Positions 39,965 to 50,063 of a stretch of DNA of 64,000 nt are shown piece by piece; the stretch's first letter is position 1; each line of letters opens with the position of its first letter. Below the pieces are notes generated by a model. That model ran no database searches, was not told where the DNA came from, and saw only the letters and a program-made list of their open reading frames with translations. This DNA is from Acidobacteria bacterium RIFCSPLOWO2_12_FULL_68_19. GTDB lineage: Bacteria > Acidobacteriota > Vicinamibacteria > Vicinamibacterales > UBA2999. The DNA lies in contig MELF01000029.1 in NCBI GenBank assembly GCA_001767525.1, positions 25,500 through 89,499 of the forward strand, read 5' to 3'. The position numbers and the translations under genes are program-made.

Positions 39965-41902
39965 ATGAGACGGCTCCTCTTCCAGATGGCGCAGTCGGTC
40001 GTCGTGATGCTCACGCTGCCGGCGCTCGCCGCCGCGGAGGTCACCCGCGTCGAGATCGCGTCGCGGCGGGACGTGGCCAACGGGCGCACCTTCGGCGCGG
40101 TCGGCGTCTACGAGCGGCTGGCCGGCACGATCTACTTCACGATCGATCCCGCCAATCGGCGGAACCAGGTGATTGCGGATCTCGACAAGACGCCGCGTAA
40201 CGCCGCCGGCAAGGTGGAGATGTCCGCAGATCTCGTCATCTTCCGGCCCCGTGACGCCGCCCGGGGCAACGGCATCGCGCTCTTCGACATCGTCAATCGC
40301 GGCGGCACGGTGGCGTTCAACGTGTTCAGCGGACCGGTGACGAACACGCCCGACGGGGAAGCCGGCGACGGCTTCCTGCTCGCCCGCGGCTTCACGGTCG
40401 TGCAGGTCGGCTGGGAGTTCGACGCCAGGCGCGAGGGCGCGGTGCGCATCAACGTCCCGAGCGCGGCCGGCGTCACCGGCCACGTGCGCGCCCGCTTCGT
40501 CCCGAACAGCCGCGAGAAAGTCACCGTCGGCGACCTCGTGGGCTACTCGCCGGGCGATCCCGCGTCGGCGCAGAACACGCTGCGCGTCCGGCCGCGGCTC
40601 GGCGCCGAGTGGACGACCGTTCCGCGGGAGAAGTGGACGCTCGCCGCCGACAACACCGTGACGCTCGAAGGGGGATTCGAGCCGGGGCAGACCTACGAGG
40701 TGGCGTACGTGCCGGCGAGCGTCCCGGTGGCGGGGCTCGGGTTCGCCGCCGTCCGCGACGCGGCCTCGTGGGTACGATACGGGCCCGACGCGGTCGTCTC
40801 GGCGAAGTACACGATGGCGTTCGGATCGTCGCAGACGGGGCGGTGGCTGCGTGATTTCCTGTACGAGGGCTTCAACGCCGACGAGCGCAATCGCCGGGTG
40901 TTCGACGGCGTGATCCCGCACATCGGCGGCGGCGGCGCCGTCCTGCTCAACGAGCGCTGGTCGACGCCGACATCGCTGCTGATGGAAACGGCCACGCGAT
41001 TTCCGTTCGCCGACAGGAAGCAGCGCGATCCGGTGACGGGCGCCGAGGACGCGCTGCTCGAGAACCCGCGCGCGGCCGAGCACCAGCCGAAGGTGTTCCA
41101 CACGATGTCGGACACCGAATACTGGGAGCGCGGCGGCGCGCTGGTGCACACCACACCGGACGGGACGCGGGACATCGCGCTCTCCGACAACGTGCGGCTG
41201 TATCACTTCGCGAGCGCGCCGCACAACATCGGCCAGTTTCCGCCGGTCGTGGGTAGTGGCGAGGTGGCCAGCAACCCGTTCGATCTCCGGATCGGCATGC
41301 GCGCGTTGCTGGTGGCGATGGAGCGCTGGGTGCGCGACGGCATGGCGCCGCCGGCCAGCCGCTATTCGCGGCTCCAGGACGGCACGCTCGTCCGTGCCGC
41401 CGACGTGGCGTTTCCCGCGCTCCGCGGCGTGACGTCCCCACGCACGGCGTATCCGGGCGTCCGCGGCGCGAATCCGCGGTTGCCGCGTGAGGGAGGCGCG
41501 GGCGCTCCGCTCCCGCTGCTCGTGCCGCAGGTCGACCGCGACGGGAACGGCCGGGGCGGCATCCGCCTGCCGGACATCGCCGTCCCTCTGGCCACCCACA
41601 CGGGGTGGATCTTCCGCAACGCGAAGATCGGCGGTACCGAGCAGTTCTTCCCGCTGAACGGCTCCTACATCCCGTTTGCCCGGACCAGGGCGGAGCGGGA
41701 GCGGACCGGTGACCCGCGGCCCTCGATCGAGGAGCGCTACCAGTCGCGCGAGCACTACCTGAAACTCGTCGAGGAGGCCGCCGCGCCGCTCGTCAAGGAC
41801 GGGTACCTGCTCGCAGAGGACGTGGCCCGCGTCCTACGGCGCGCCGGCGAGCACTGGGACGTGGTGACGCGGCCGGCGACGACGACCGCCAGGGCGGAGT
41901 AG
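39965..41902 (+). CDS. Exported alpha/beta hydrolase-domain protein (tannase-like, Abhydrolase_10-type)
   Basis: Signal ending ALAA-A; nucleophile elbow GSSQTGR; YWERG, PQVDRDGN, PDIAVPLAT; AGGAGG RBS. Confidence 0.75.
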   Translation: MRRLLFQMAQSVVVMLTLPALAAAEVTRVEIASRRDVANGRTFGAVGVYERLAGTIYFTIDPANRRNQVIADLDKTPRNAAGKVEMSADLVIFRPRDAARGNGIALFDIVNRGGTVAFNVFSGPVTNTPDGEAGDGFLLARGFTVVQVGWEFDARREGAVRINVPSAAGVTGHVRARFVPNSREKVTVGDLVGYSPGDPASAQNTLRVRPRLGAEWTTVPREKWTLAADNTVTLEGGFEPGQTYEVAYVPASVPVAGLGFAAVRDAASWVRYGPDAVVSAKYTMAFGSSQTGRWLRDFLYEGFNADERNRRVFDGVIPHIGGGGAVLLNERWSTPTSLLMETATRFPFADRKQRDPVTGAEDALLENPRAAEHQPKVFHTMSDTEYWERGGALVHTTPDGTRDIALSDNVRLYHFASAPHNIGQFPPVVGSGEVASNPFDLRIGMRALLVAMERWVRDGMAPPASRYSRLQDGTLVRAADVAFPALRGVTSPRTAYPGVRGANPRLPREGGAGAPLPLLVPQVDRDGNGRGGIRLPDIAVPLATHTGWIFRNAKIGGTEQFFPLNGSYIPFARTRAERERTGDPRPSIEERYQSREHYLKLVEEAAAPLVKDGYLLAEDVARVLRRAGEHWDVVTRPATTTARAE

Positions 41903-41906
41903 ACGG

Positions 41907-42401
41907 ATGCGGACGACGCTGGCTACCCTCGTGGCGATCGGTCTGGCGGTCCTCACGGCCGATCGCGCGCTCGCCCAGGGAGTCGTGATGCAGCGCAACG
42001 TCTCGCTCGGCATGGCGAGGACGATGGCCGACGCCGCGCTCGCCGCGTGCAAGGCCAAGGGCTACAACACGTCGGTCGCCGTCGTCGATCGGGCTGGCCA
42101 GGTGCTCGTCATCATGCGCAGCGAGCAGGCGACCGCGCAGACGGCCGAGATGGCGCGGCGGAAGGCGTACACGGCGCGCATGTTCCGGATTCCGACGGCG
42201 GAGTTCCAGAAGCGCACCGACGAGGACTCCGCGCGGGAGGCGCAGCGGGACCTGGCCGATATCCTCGCGCTGAGCGGCGGCGTGCCGATCCAGATCGGCA
42301 CCGACACGATCGGCGCGGTCGGCAGCGCCGGCTCCACGCTCGAGACCGACGACGCCTGCGCGAAGGCGGGGGTTGCGGCGGTGGCGGATCTGCTGAAATG
42401 A
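41907..42401 (+). CDS. GlcG/HbpS family heme-binding protein, exported
   Basis: VAVVDRAG, ARRKAYTA, GGVPI, GAVGSAG, DDACA. Confidence 0.88.
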   Translation: MRTTLATLVAIGLAVLTADRALAQGVVMQRNVSLGMARTMADAALAACKAKGYNTSVAVVDRAGQVLVIMRSEQATAQTAEMARRKAYTARMFRIPTAEFQKRTDEDSAREAQRDLADILALSGGVPIQIGTDTIGAVGSAGSTLETDDACAKAGVAAVADLLK

Positions 42402-42428
42402 ACCGAGCGGAGTCCTGGGGGGCGCCTG

Positions 42429-43754
42429 CTACCGTCGCCGGAGCGAGAGCAGCGCCTCGACGTCTTTCGGCGCCTCGGCGGTGAGCACCTCCGCGCCGGT
42501 GGGGGTCACGACGATCGTGTCCTCGATCCGGATGTGCAGCTGCTCGTCGGGGATGTCGAGGATCGGCTCGATCGCCATCGCCATGCCCGCCTCGAAGGGG
42601 AGCGACCAGTCGCCGACGTCGTGCACCGACAGGCCGACGTAGTGGCCGACGTAGGCGTAGCGCGGATCGAAGCCGTGCCTGCGGAAGACGTCCTCGGCGA
42701 CCGTGCGAACCGCCTCGCGCGCGACGCCAGGCCGGATCGCCGCGATGATCGCCTTCTGCGCCTCCAGGACCGCGCGATACGCCCGGAGCTGCGCATCGGT
42801 GAACCGGCCCGACACCGGCCAGGTCCGCGTGATATCCACGGTCAGGTAGTCGAGCGAGCCGGCGTAGTCCATCACCACGAGTTCGCCGGCGTTCATCTGC
42901 CGCCCGCTGTCCTCGTAATGCCAGCGGTTCCCCATCGGCCCCGACGCGACGATCGCCGGGTAGGCGGCGCCCTGGAGGCCGTGTGCGAGCAGCCAGTAGG
43001 TCGCTTCGGCCTCCAGTTCGTACTCGAAGCGCCCCGGCGCCGCCACTGCAATCGCGCGCCGGATCGCTTCGGCGCTCACCCGGCCGTTGTAGCGGAGGAT
43101 CTCGATCTCCCGCGGCGTCTTGACGAGCCGCAGGCGGTCGAGGTGGGGCGTGACGTCCTGGAGCGTGTAGTAGGGGAACTGCTCCCTGAGTGCGGCCACC
43201 CGCAGCGCGTCCTCGGTCGGGTGCTGCGCGAACGGGTTCGTCAGGCGCCGCGCCGTGGAGATCGCGGCATCGGTTCGGCCGTGGTTCACGGTGTCGCGCT
43301 CGGAGAGCCGCGTCCAGAGCAGTTCGCTGCCGGCGTTGCCGCGGCGGCGCGCCAGGAACTCGGGCATCGCCGCGAGCGGCTGAATCGACCGAAAGCCGTA
43401 GAGGCGCGGGGCGTCCGGCGCCTCGAGCCAGTTCGGCCCCTCGTACCGGATCTCGGTCGGGCTGAGCTTCGGCAGGAAGAGATGCGCCTCCGCGGTGGCG
43501 CCGTCCATCACGAGCGCCGCGTTGAGCGACTCGTTGCCGGTGAGATAGAAGAAGTCGTTGTCCTGGCGGAAGCGAACGCCTGGTGACGGCGTCGTCGCGC
43601 CGAACAGCACGACGGTCCCCCGCTGGAGCGCCTTCGCCAGCCGTGCCCGGCGGGCGGCGAACTCGTCCGGCGGGTAGCCCATGCGCTCGGCCGAGGGCCC
43701 CGACCCCCAGGCGAGCGCCAGGACGAGGACGGCGGCCGCTCGGTGGAGGGTCAA
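42429..43754 (-). CDS. Xaa-Pro aminopeptidase (M24B), probably exported
   Basis: RQDNDFFYLTG; metal ligands D..D (MDYAG, VDITRT), GHYVGLSVHD, AIEP, RIED. Start uncertain (TTG 43754). Confidence 0.88.
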   Translation of the reverse strand: MTLHRAAAVLVLALAWGSGPSAERMGYPPDEFAARRARLAKALQRGTVVLFGATTPSPGVRFRQDNDFFYLTGNESLNAALVMDGATAEAHLFLPKLSPTEIRYEGPNWLEAPDAPRLYGFRSIQPLAAMPEFLARRRGNAGSELLWTRLSERDTVNHGRTDAAISTARRLTNPFAQHPTEDALRVAALREQFPYYTLQDVTPHLDRLRLVKTPREIEILRYNGRVSAEAIRRAIAVAAPGRFEYELEAEATYWLLAHGLQGAAYPAIVASGPMGNRWHYEDSGRQMNAGELVVMDYAGSLDYLTVDITRTWPVSGRFTDAQLRAYRAVLEAQKAIIAAIRPGVAREAVRTVAEDVFRRHGFDPRYAYVGHYVGLSVHDVGDWSLPFEAGMAMAIEPILDIPDEQLHIRIEDTIVVTPTGAEVLTAEAPKDVEALLSLRRR

Positions 43755-43774
43755 CGTCCGCCCGGCACGCCGCG

Positions 43775-44638
43775 CTAGGGCCGCTGCAGCGTCACGCACA
43801 GCCATTCCTCTTCCTCCGTCCGGCCCTTCACGGGGAGACTGCCAAACGGGGCGAGGACGTCGGCTTCCTCATGGCGCATGAAGCCGCTCAGGATCAGGTG
43901 ACCGCCGGGCGCCGTCAGGTCGCGCAGCCGCACGGCGACGCCGCGCAGCAGGGCGCCGGTGAGATTGGCCAGCACGATGTCGAAGGCGCCGCTGGCATCG
44001 CCGCGCACGTCGGCCGTGCGGAGCGTGACGTCGGCGCCGCGGTTCAGCCCGAGGTTCTCCTCGGCCGCGTGAATCGCGTTCGGGTCGTCGTCGAGGGCCA
44101 GGACGCGCCCGGCGCCGAGCCGGCTGGCGGCAATGGCCAGCAGACCCGAGCCTGTGCCGACGTCCACGACGCTGCGCCCGTGCACCCCGACCTGCTGCAG
44201 CGCCGCCAGGCACAGCCTCGTCGTCGCGTGGTGGCCTGTTCCGAATCCCATGGACGGGCGGATGACGATGACGAGCGGCCGGCGGAGTCCGGTGGCGCCG
44301 GCCTCGACCGCGGTGAGCGGCCTCAGCCGTCCCGTGTGCGGGACGTCCCACGGCGGCGCGACGATGATGCCGCCCACCTGCACGGCCCGGAGCGTCGCCT
44401 GCGACCGCGCCACCCAGTCCTCGTCCGGGACGTCCACCGGCCGGATGACCGCGCCGGGAAACTGCCGCGTCAGCGCCGCCGCGGCGGCGTCGCGCTCCAC
44501 CGCGCTCCGGAAGACGACGCGCCAGAAGTCGGGCTCGCTGGTCTCGTCAATCGCGGTGATGGCGTAATCGACGAGCGCCGCCTGGACGAGTTCCTCCCGT
44601 TCGAGCGACGCGAGTTCAAGGGCAGGCCAGGTTCGCAT
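43775..44638 (-). CDS. prmA: Ribosomal protein L11 methyltransferase
   Basis: PSMGFGTGHHATT, DVGTGSGLLAI, ANL, ILSG; follows dnaJ. Confidence 0.93.
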   Translation of the reverse strand: MRTWPALELASLEREELVQAALVDYAITAIDETSEPDFWRVVFRSAVERDAAAAALTRQFPGAVIRPVDVPDEDWVARSQATLRAVQVGGIIVAPPWDVPHTGRLRPLTAVEAGATGLRRPLVIVIRPSMGFGTGHHATTRLCLAALQQVGVHGRSVVDVGTGSGLLAIAASRLGAGRVLALDDDPNAIHAAEENLGLNRGADVTLRTADVRGDASGAFDIVLANLTGALLRGVAVRLRDLTAPGGHLILSGFMRHEEADVLAPFGSLPVKGRTEEEEWLCVTLQRP

Positions 44639-44642
44639 AGGG

Positions 44643-45779
44643 TCAGCCGAAGATGTCCTTGACGCGATCGAGCAGCCCTTTGTCCTCCTGCTCGCCGACC
44701 GGAGTGGGCTCGAATCGTTCCGCCGGCAGCGACGCTCCCAGTTGCTGCAGCAGCTTCTTCTGTTCGCGCGTGAGCTTGGTCGGCGTCACCACCTTGACCG
44801 TGACGAGCAGGTCGCCGCGGCCGCGTCCGCTCACGTCGGGCAGCCCGCGGCCGCGCAGCCGGAACGTCGCGCCGCTCTGCGTCCCTTCCGGGATGGTGAA
44901 GGTCTCTTCGCCCTCGAGCGTGGGGACCCTCATCTCGCGCCCGAGCGCGAGCGAGGGAAAGTTCACCGGGACTTCACAGTACAGATCGTTGCCGTCGCGC
45001 TGGAAGAACGGGTGGGCCTGTACGTGGATGACGACGTAGAGATCGCCGGGCGGGCCGCCGGCGGGCCCTCCCTCGCCCTCGCCGCTCAGGCGCAGCCGCT
45101 GGAGGGTGGCGATGCCGGCAGGAATGCGCACGGTCAGCTTGCGCTCCTTTTCCACGCGGCCGGCGCCGCGGCACGCCGGGCACGGCTTGGTGACGATCGA
45201 GCCGGCGCCGCGGCAGTAGCCACAGGTGCGGGCGAGCATGAACGGCCCCTGCTGCGTCCGGATCTGTCCGCGCCCGTGGCACTGCGGGCAGGTCGACGTC
45301 TTGGAGCCGGGCGCCGAGCCGCTGCCGTGGCAGGCCTCGCACGCCTCCTGTCTCGGAATCTGGATGGTCGTTTCGGCGCCGCGCGCGGCTTCCTCGAACG
45401 AGATCTCCAGGTCGTAGCGGAGGTCCGCACCCCGCTGCGGGCCCCGCCGCCGGGCGCCGCCGAAGATGTCGCCCAAGCCGAAGATGTCGCCGAGCCCGCC
45501 GAGGATGTCCTCGAAGCCGGTGAACACCGTCGGATCGAAGCCGGTGGCGGCGCTGCCCAGTCCGGCGTGGCCGAAGCGGTCGTACATGTGGCGCTTGTCG
45601 GCGTCGGCGAGCACCGCGTAGGCCTCGGCGGCTTCCTTGAACTTCTCCTCGGCGTCCTTGCTGCCGGGATTGCGATCCGGGTGGTACTTGAACGCGAGCT
45701 TGCGGTAGGCGCTCTTGACGTCCTGTTCGCTGGCGTTCCGGGGGACGCCGAGCGTCTCGTAGTAGTCGCGCTTACTCAC
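44643..45779 (-). CDS. dnaJ: Chaperone DnaJ
   Basis: J-domain HPD; four CxxCxGxG repeats. Confidence 0.98.
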   Translation of the reverse strand: MSKRDYYETLGVPRNASEQDVKSAYRKLAFKYHPDRNPGSKDAEEKFKEAAEAYAVLADADKRHMYDRFGHAGLGSAATGFDPTVFTGFEDILGGLGDIFGLGDIFGGARRRGPQRGADLRYDLEISFEEAARGAETTIQIPRQEACEACHGSGSAPGSKTSTCPQCHGRGQIRTQQGPFMLARTCGYCRGAGSIVTKPCPACRGAGRVEKERKLTVRIPAGIATLQRLRLSGEGEGGPAGGPPGDLYVVIHVQAHPFFQRDGNDLYCEVPVNFPSLALGREMRVPTLEGEETFTIPEGTQSGATFRLRGRGLPDVSGRGRGDLLVTVKVVTPTKLTREQKKLLQQLGASLPAERFEPTPVGEQEDKGLLDRVKDIFG

Positions 45780-46347
45780 GCCGGGCCACCTTGACCATCG
45801 CCGGCCGCAGCAGGCGGCCGCCCAGCATGTAGCCCCGGCGGAGCTCTTCCATCACTTCCCCGTCCCGGTGCTCGGCGCTGACCTCGCGCATCACCGCCTG
45901 GTGGAACCGCGGGTCGAAGTCGGCGCCGACCGCCTCGATCGGCGTGACGCCGCGCTTGCGGAGCAGGTCGGTCATCTGGCGGTGGATGAGTTCCACTCCC
46001 CTCCGATAGACCTCCATGTCGTTGCCCGACGGCGTCTCGAGCGCGCGGTCCAGGTCGTCGACGATCGGGAGCAGATCCTCGAGCGCCGCGGCCATGGCGG
46101 CCTCGGCCTGGTCGCGCCGGTCGCGATCGACGCGCTTGCGATAGTTGTCGAACTCGGCGGCCAGGCGCAGCAGCCGATCCTGCAGCGCGTCCCGCTCGCG
46201 CTCGAGCGCATCGATCGCGCCCGCGTCGGCGGACCCCGCCGGGTCGGCCGGCGCCGCCTCGCGCGGGGCGTCCGCCGGCGGGTCAGTTACCGCCTGGTCG
46301 GCGGCCGTCGGCCGATTCAGGTCCTGGTCGTCGAAGGACTCAGGCAT
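45772..46347 (-). CDS. grpE: Nucleotide exchange factor GrpE
   Basis: [34 protein letters not shown]. Confidence 0.97.
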   Translation of the reverse strand: MPESFDDQDLNRPTAADQAVTDPPADAPREAAPADPAGSADAGAIDALERERDALQDRLLRLAAEFDNYRKRVDRDRRDQAEAAMAAALEDLLPIVDDLDRALETPSGNDMEVYRRGVELIHRQMTDLLRKRGVTPIEAVGADFDPRFHQAVMREVSAEHRDGEVMEELRRGYMLGGRLLRPAMVKVARRE

Positions 46348-46350
46348 GGG

Positions 46351-47400
46351 TCAGCTCGCGGCGCGCAGCACGCGCGAGACCGCCTGCGTCGTGCCGTCCA
46401 CGAAGGCGATGGTGCGGGAGTAGTGCATCCGCGTCGGACCGATGACGCCCACGGTCCGGATGCCCGTGGCGTCCGACGCGGTGGAGGCGACCAGGCTGAA
46501 CGGGCGCAGGCCGGGCATGGCGTGCTCGGCTCCAATCACGACCGTCAGCCCCGGTCCGTCGATGTACTGGTTCAGGAGGTGCACCATCCGCTCTTTCTGT
46601 TCGAGCATCTCGAGCAGCGCGCGCAGCGTGGCGAGCGAGGCGCCCCCCTGCGCCGGACGGTCGAGCAGCGACGCCGCCCCCTCGACATGGAACGTGTGCG
46701 GATTCGGCATCTCCTCCAGGGTCGAGTGGGCCAGCCTGAGCGCGCGCGCGAGCAGCCGGTCGTACAGCGTACGCTCCTGCTGGAGGCGCGCCAGCACCGC
46801 CGCGCGCACCTCGGCGAGCGGCAGGCCGCCGAATTCGGTATTCAGGTAATTGGCGGCGCGTACGAGTTCGTCGGGCGACACCTCCTCCTCGACGTCCACG
46901 ACCTTCTGCCCGACCTGGTTGCCGCACGAAACGACGACGACCAGGACGCGCGAGCCGCCGAGCGGCACGAACTCCAGGCGCTGGAGCACCGCGGAGGGGC
47001 TGTCGCCGAGGGCGAACCCGACATATCGCACGGCCCGCGACACCAGGTGCGACGCACTCGCGAGCAGGTCGTCCACGAGCGGCGACCGCTCGGCCTGCTC
47101 GCGCAGCCGATGCTCGACGACCACCGAGGCGCGCGTCGGCTTGCGGCTCTCGAGCAGCAGATCCACGAACACGCGGTAGCCGCGATCGGTCGGCACGCGC
47201 CCGGCGGAGGTGTGCGGCTGATGCACGTAGCCGGCGTCCTCGAGCTGGGCCAGCACGGTGCGCACCGTCGCCGACGAGACGCCGAGCCCGCTGCGGCGGG
47301 CCAGGAGCTGCGAGGCGACCGGCCCGCCCGTCTCGACGTACTCGCGGACGAGGGTGGCCAGCAGGCGGCGCGAGCGATCCGAGAGGTCGAAGGAACCCAT
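46351..47400 (-). CDS. hrcA: Heat-inducible transcription repressor
   Basis: VSSATVR, QPHTSAGRVPTDRGYR, GVIGPTRMHY. Confidence 0.96.
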   Translation of the reverse strand: MGSFDLSDRSRRLLATLVREYVETGGPVASQLLARRSGLGVSSATVRTVLAQLEDAGYVHQPHTSAGRVPTDRGYRVFVDLLLESRKPTRASVVVEHRLREQAERSPLVDDLLASASHLVSRAVRYVGFALGDSPSAVLQRLEFVPLGGSRVLVVVVSCGNQVGQKVVDVEEEVSPDELVRAANYLNTEFGGLPLAEVRAAVLARLQQERTLYDRLLARALRLAHSTLEEMPNPHTFHVEGAASLLDRPAQGGASLATLRALLEMLEQKERMVHLLNQYIDGPGLTVVIGAEHAMPGLRPFSLVASTASDATGIRTVGVIGPTRMHYSRTIAFVDGTTQAVSRVLRAAS

Positions 47401-47430
47401 TGCGCGTCAAACGCTTAGCGTATCTTCGGA

Positions 47431-48933
47431 TTATAGCCCAGCGTCGGCGCCCGCCCCGCGTTGGGGTGGCGGCAGAACGGCGTAGAAGTACACGCGCCGC
47501 GCGGCGACAAGCAGCGGTGGTTCGTCGAGCCACGACAGGTCGGCGACCTTCGCGTAGCGCGCCCGGAAGACGTCGCGCTCCCAGTCGTCGAGCACGACGT
47601 AGACCGGCCGGCCGAGCCGGCGGAAATGGTCGATCGCCTCGCCGTACATCTCCGGCTCGAGCCACTCGAAGCGCATCGTGATCCGGTTCGCGTAGTACCG
47701 CAGGCTGCCGCTGTGCTGGTTGCAGAGGATGACGGCGTCCTCGGGCAGCTCCCGGGCGAAGCGTCCGGCGGCGACGTAGCGCGCCTCCTCGCCGCGCACG
47801 CGAAACGCCGGGCGTCCCGTCCAGAGACCCCACGCTGCGAGGACGACCGCCACGGCCAGGAAGGCACCGGCGCGGGCGCGGGGCGCCGACGGCGCGAGCG
47901 CGACGAAGACGGCCGAGGCCAGCGCGAGCATCACCGGAAAGGCCGGCAGCAGGAAACGCAGGAACGTCCAGTGATCGAACGGCGTGTATGCGAGATACGA
48001 GAGCGCCACCAGCGCGGCGGCGCCGAGGCCGAGGCGCACGACCGGACGCGCGTCGGATGGAGCGCGCCGCCCGATCACCCACGGCGCGGCCAGACCGAGA
48101 AAGATGAACGGTGTCTGCGTCTGGAGGAGCCACGTCGTGTAGTTCGCCAGGTTCGGCAGCACGTAGCGGCCCGCGTAGATGGTCGAGAACGTGCCGTAGC
48201 CGGAGGCGAGGGCGGACCCGTAGAGATGTCGATCGATGGCGGCGACCGCGATCGGTCCCGGAAGCATGGCCGCCGTGAAGAGCGCCGCCCGGCCGATCCG
48301 GGTGCCCGGCGTGCCGGGCCGCATCGCAATGAACGCGAGGATCGGCGCGGCGATCACGACGAGGTTCGGCCGCGTCAGGACCGCCAGGGCGGCGGCCAGA
48401 CCGGCGGCGCCCGCGCCGGCCGCCGTGCCGCGCACGGCGGCCACGATCGCGACGAGCCACCACGTCGTGGCCGGCACGTCGCTCATGGGCCACATCAGTT
48501 GGAACAGGAACGGCGGGCTGACCAGCAGCGCCAGGGCGGCGAGCAGGCCGGCCGGCGCCCCGCCGAGGATCGCGCCGAGCCGGAAGGTGAGCCAGACGGC
48601 GAGCGCCCCGAGCAGCGGCACGACCCAGAAGACGGCCGTCCCGCCTGCCGCCGCCTTGAACGCCGCCATCACGATCGGCAGCCCCGGCGCGTAGGTCGGC
48701 ACCATCGTTCCGCGCTCGTCGCCGGGCCGGTAGCCGAACGGCGTCAGCGTCCAGTTCGCGTTCTGCCAGGAGGCGTCCTCGGCGAGCGGCTCGTCCACGA
48801 TCAGCCGTCCCTCGAGCCAGAGATCGGCCTGGCTGAGGTAGCCGTAGGCGTCGGCGCCGCTGGCGGCCCAGGTGCCGAACCGCAGCCCGAGAGCGGCCGC
48901 CACGAGCGCCAGCGCGAGGGCGACGCGGGTCAC
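47431..48933 (-). CDS. Polytopic membrane protein, GT-C/ArnT-like glycosyltransferase
   Basis: Many TM helices; ADAYGY N-terminal loop, MSDVP, LTRPN, RFLLPAFP. Confidence 0.6.
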   Translation of the reverse strand: MTRVALALALVAAALGLRFGTWAASGADAYGYLSQADLWLEGRLIVDEPLAEDASWQNANWTLTPFGYRPGDERGTMVPTYAPGLPIVMAAFKAAAGGTAVFWVVPLLGALAVWLTFRLGAILGGAPAGLLAALALLVSPPFLFQLMWPMSDVPATTWWLVAIVAAVRGTAAGAGAAGLAAALAVLTRPNLVVIAAPILAFIAMRPGTPGTRIGRAALFTAAMLPGPIAVAAIDRHLYGSALASGYGTFSTIYAGRYVLPNLANYTTWLLQTQTPFIFLGLAAPWVIGRRAPSDARPVVRLGLGAAALVALSYLAYTPFDHWTFLRFLLPAFPVMLALASAVFVALAPSAPRARAGAFLAVAVVLAAWGLWTGRPAFRVRGEEARYVAAGRFARELPEDAVILCNQHSGSLRYYANRITMRFEWLEPEMYGEAIDHFRRLGRPVYVVLDDWERDVFRARYAKVADLSWLDEPPLLVAARRVYFYAVLPPPQRGAGADAGL

Positions 48934-49776
48934 TTATCGCTGGGCTTTGGAGAGCGCCCCTTCCCACCGCATGCTGATGGCGGGCGCGTTCACGTCGGTC
49001 ACCTTGCCGTGCTTGACGGCAATCAGCTCGGCGACGATGCTGACGGCGATCTCCTGCGGCGTGATCGCGCCGATGTCGAGGCCGATGGGCGCATGGACGC
49101 GCCGGAGCGCGTCGGAGGAGACCCCCTCCTCGAGGAGCGCGTCGAAGATGCGCCGGATCTTGGCCTTGCTGCCGATGAGGCCGAGGTACCGCAGCGGCCG
49201 GGCGGCGAGCGCCCGCATCGTCTCGAGATCGTAGGTATGGCCGCGGGTCACGATGACCGCGTACGCGGTCGGCGGGAACCGGTGATCCTCGATCCAGGTC
49301 GGAATGTGATCGACGACGACGTCGATGCCGTCGCCGAAGCGCCCGGTGCTGGCGAACTTTTCCCGGTCGTCGACGACGTGCACCTGAAAGCCGACCTCCT
49401 GGGCCATCTTCGCCACGTGATAGCCGACGTGTCCGGCGCCGAAGACGTACACCTCCGGCGACGCCTCGATCGGTTCGACGAACACTTCCATCTGGCCTCC
49501 GCAGATGAGCCCCGTCTCCTGCGCGAAGTCGTCGTTCAGTTCGAACTTCAGCGTGAGCGGCTTGCGCGTGGTAATCGCTTCGCGGGCCTTCCAGAACGCC
49601 TCGTTCTCGTAGCAGCCGCCGCCGATCGTCCCGACCGTCCGGCCGTCCGCGTAGACGAGCATCTTGGAGCCGACGCGCTGCGGGGTGGACCCGACCGACG
49701 AGACGATGGTGACGAGCGCCACCTGGTCGCCCCGCTGGAGCGCCTCGTTGAGGGCGGCGAAGACCTCCTGGTTCAT
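48934..49776 (-). CDS. xdhC: XdhC/CoxI family molybdenum cofactor insertion chaperone
   Basis: GSTPQRVGSKMLV, GTIGGGC, CGG, FGAGHVG, APIGLDIGA.TPQEIAVSI. Confidence 0.93.
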   Translation of the reverse strand: MNQEVFAALNEALQRGDQVALVTIVSSVGSTPQRVGSKMLVYADGRTVGTIGGGCYENEAFWKAREAITTRKPLTLKFELNDDFAQETGLICGGQMEVFVEPIEASPEVYVFGAGHVGYHVAKMAQEVGFQVHVVDDREKFASTGRFGDGIDVVVDHIPTWIEDHRFPPTAYAVIVTRGHTYDLETMRALAARPLRYLGLIGSKAKIRRIFDALLEEGVSSDALRRVHAPIGLDIGAITPQEIAVSIVAELIAVKHGKVTDVNAPAISMRWEGALSKAQR

Positions 49777-49782
49777 GGCTCG

Positions 49783-49788
49783 ATTATA
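49783..49788 (-). promoter_or_regulatory. -10 box of probable leaderless xdhC promoter
   Basis: TATAAT 6 nt before ATG 49776. Confidence 0.6.
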
Positions 49789-49793
49789 AGACC

Positions 49794-50049
49794 GTGTCGT
49801 TCACACTTCTAACTTCTTGGTTCTGGGTTCGTGTTCTGGGTTCGGTTCACGGTTCACCGTTCGGGGTTCGATGTTCGAGGGTCCGGATTCGGCGTTTCGA
49901 AGGAAACAGGCGGAACCCGAACGAAGAGCCCGACGTCAGAATCGGAACCCGGAACCCCGAACCCGGAACGCGGAACCCGGAACGCGGAACCCCGAACACG
50001 AACTCCGAACACGAACCCAGAAGTGAGAAGGCAGAAGCGTGAACGACAG
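49794..50049. repeat. Hairpin element family A, copy 2 (256 bp)
   Basis: Left end gtgtcgttcacacttct; right end agaagcgtgaacgacag (identical to copy 1); arms of GGTTC/GAACC 6-8 bp units. Confidence 0.9.
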
Positions 50050-50063
50050 GTTCGTCTCAGCCC

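Noticed and set aside
47400-47440. CIRCE operator upstream of hrcA, and missing dnaK
   Set aside because: No TTAGCACTC-N9-GAGTGCTAA was found. An hrcA-grpE-dnaJ cluster with dnaK elsewhere is not unusual.
49794-50049. Possible CRISPR array in the repeat-rich gaps
   Set aside because: Units are 6-9 bp and contiguous, with no unique spacers of about 30 bp and no cas genes.
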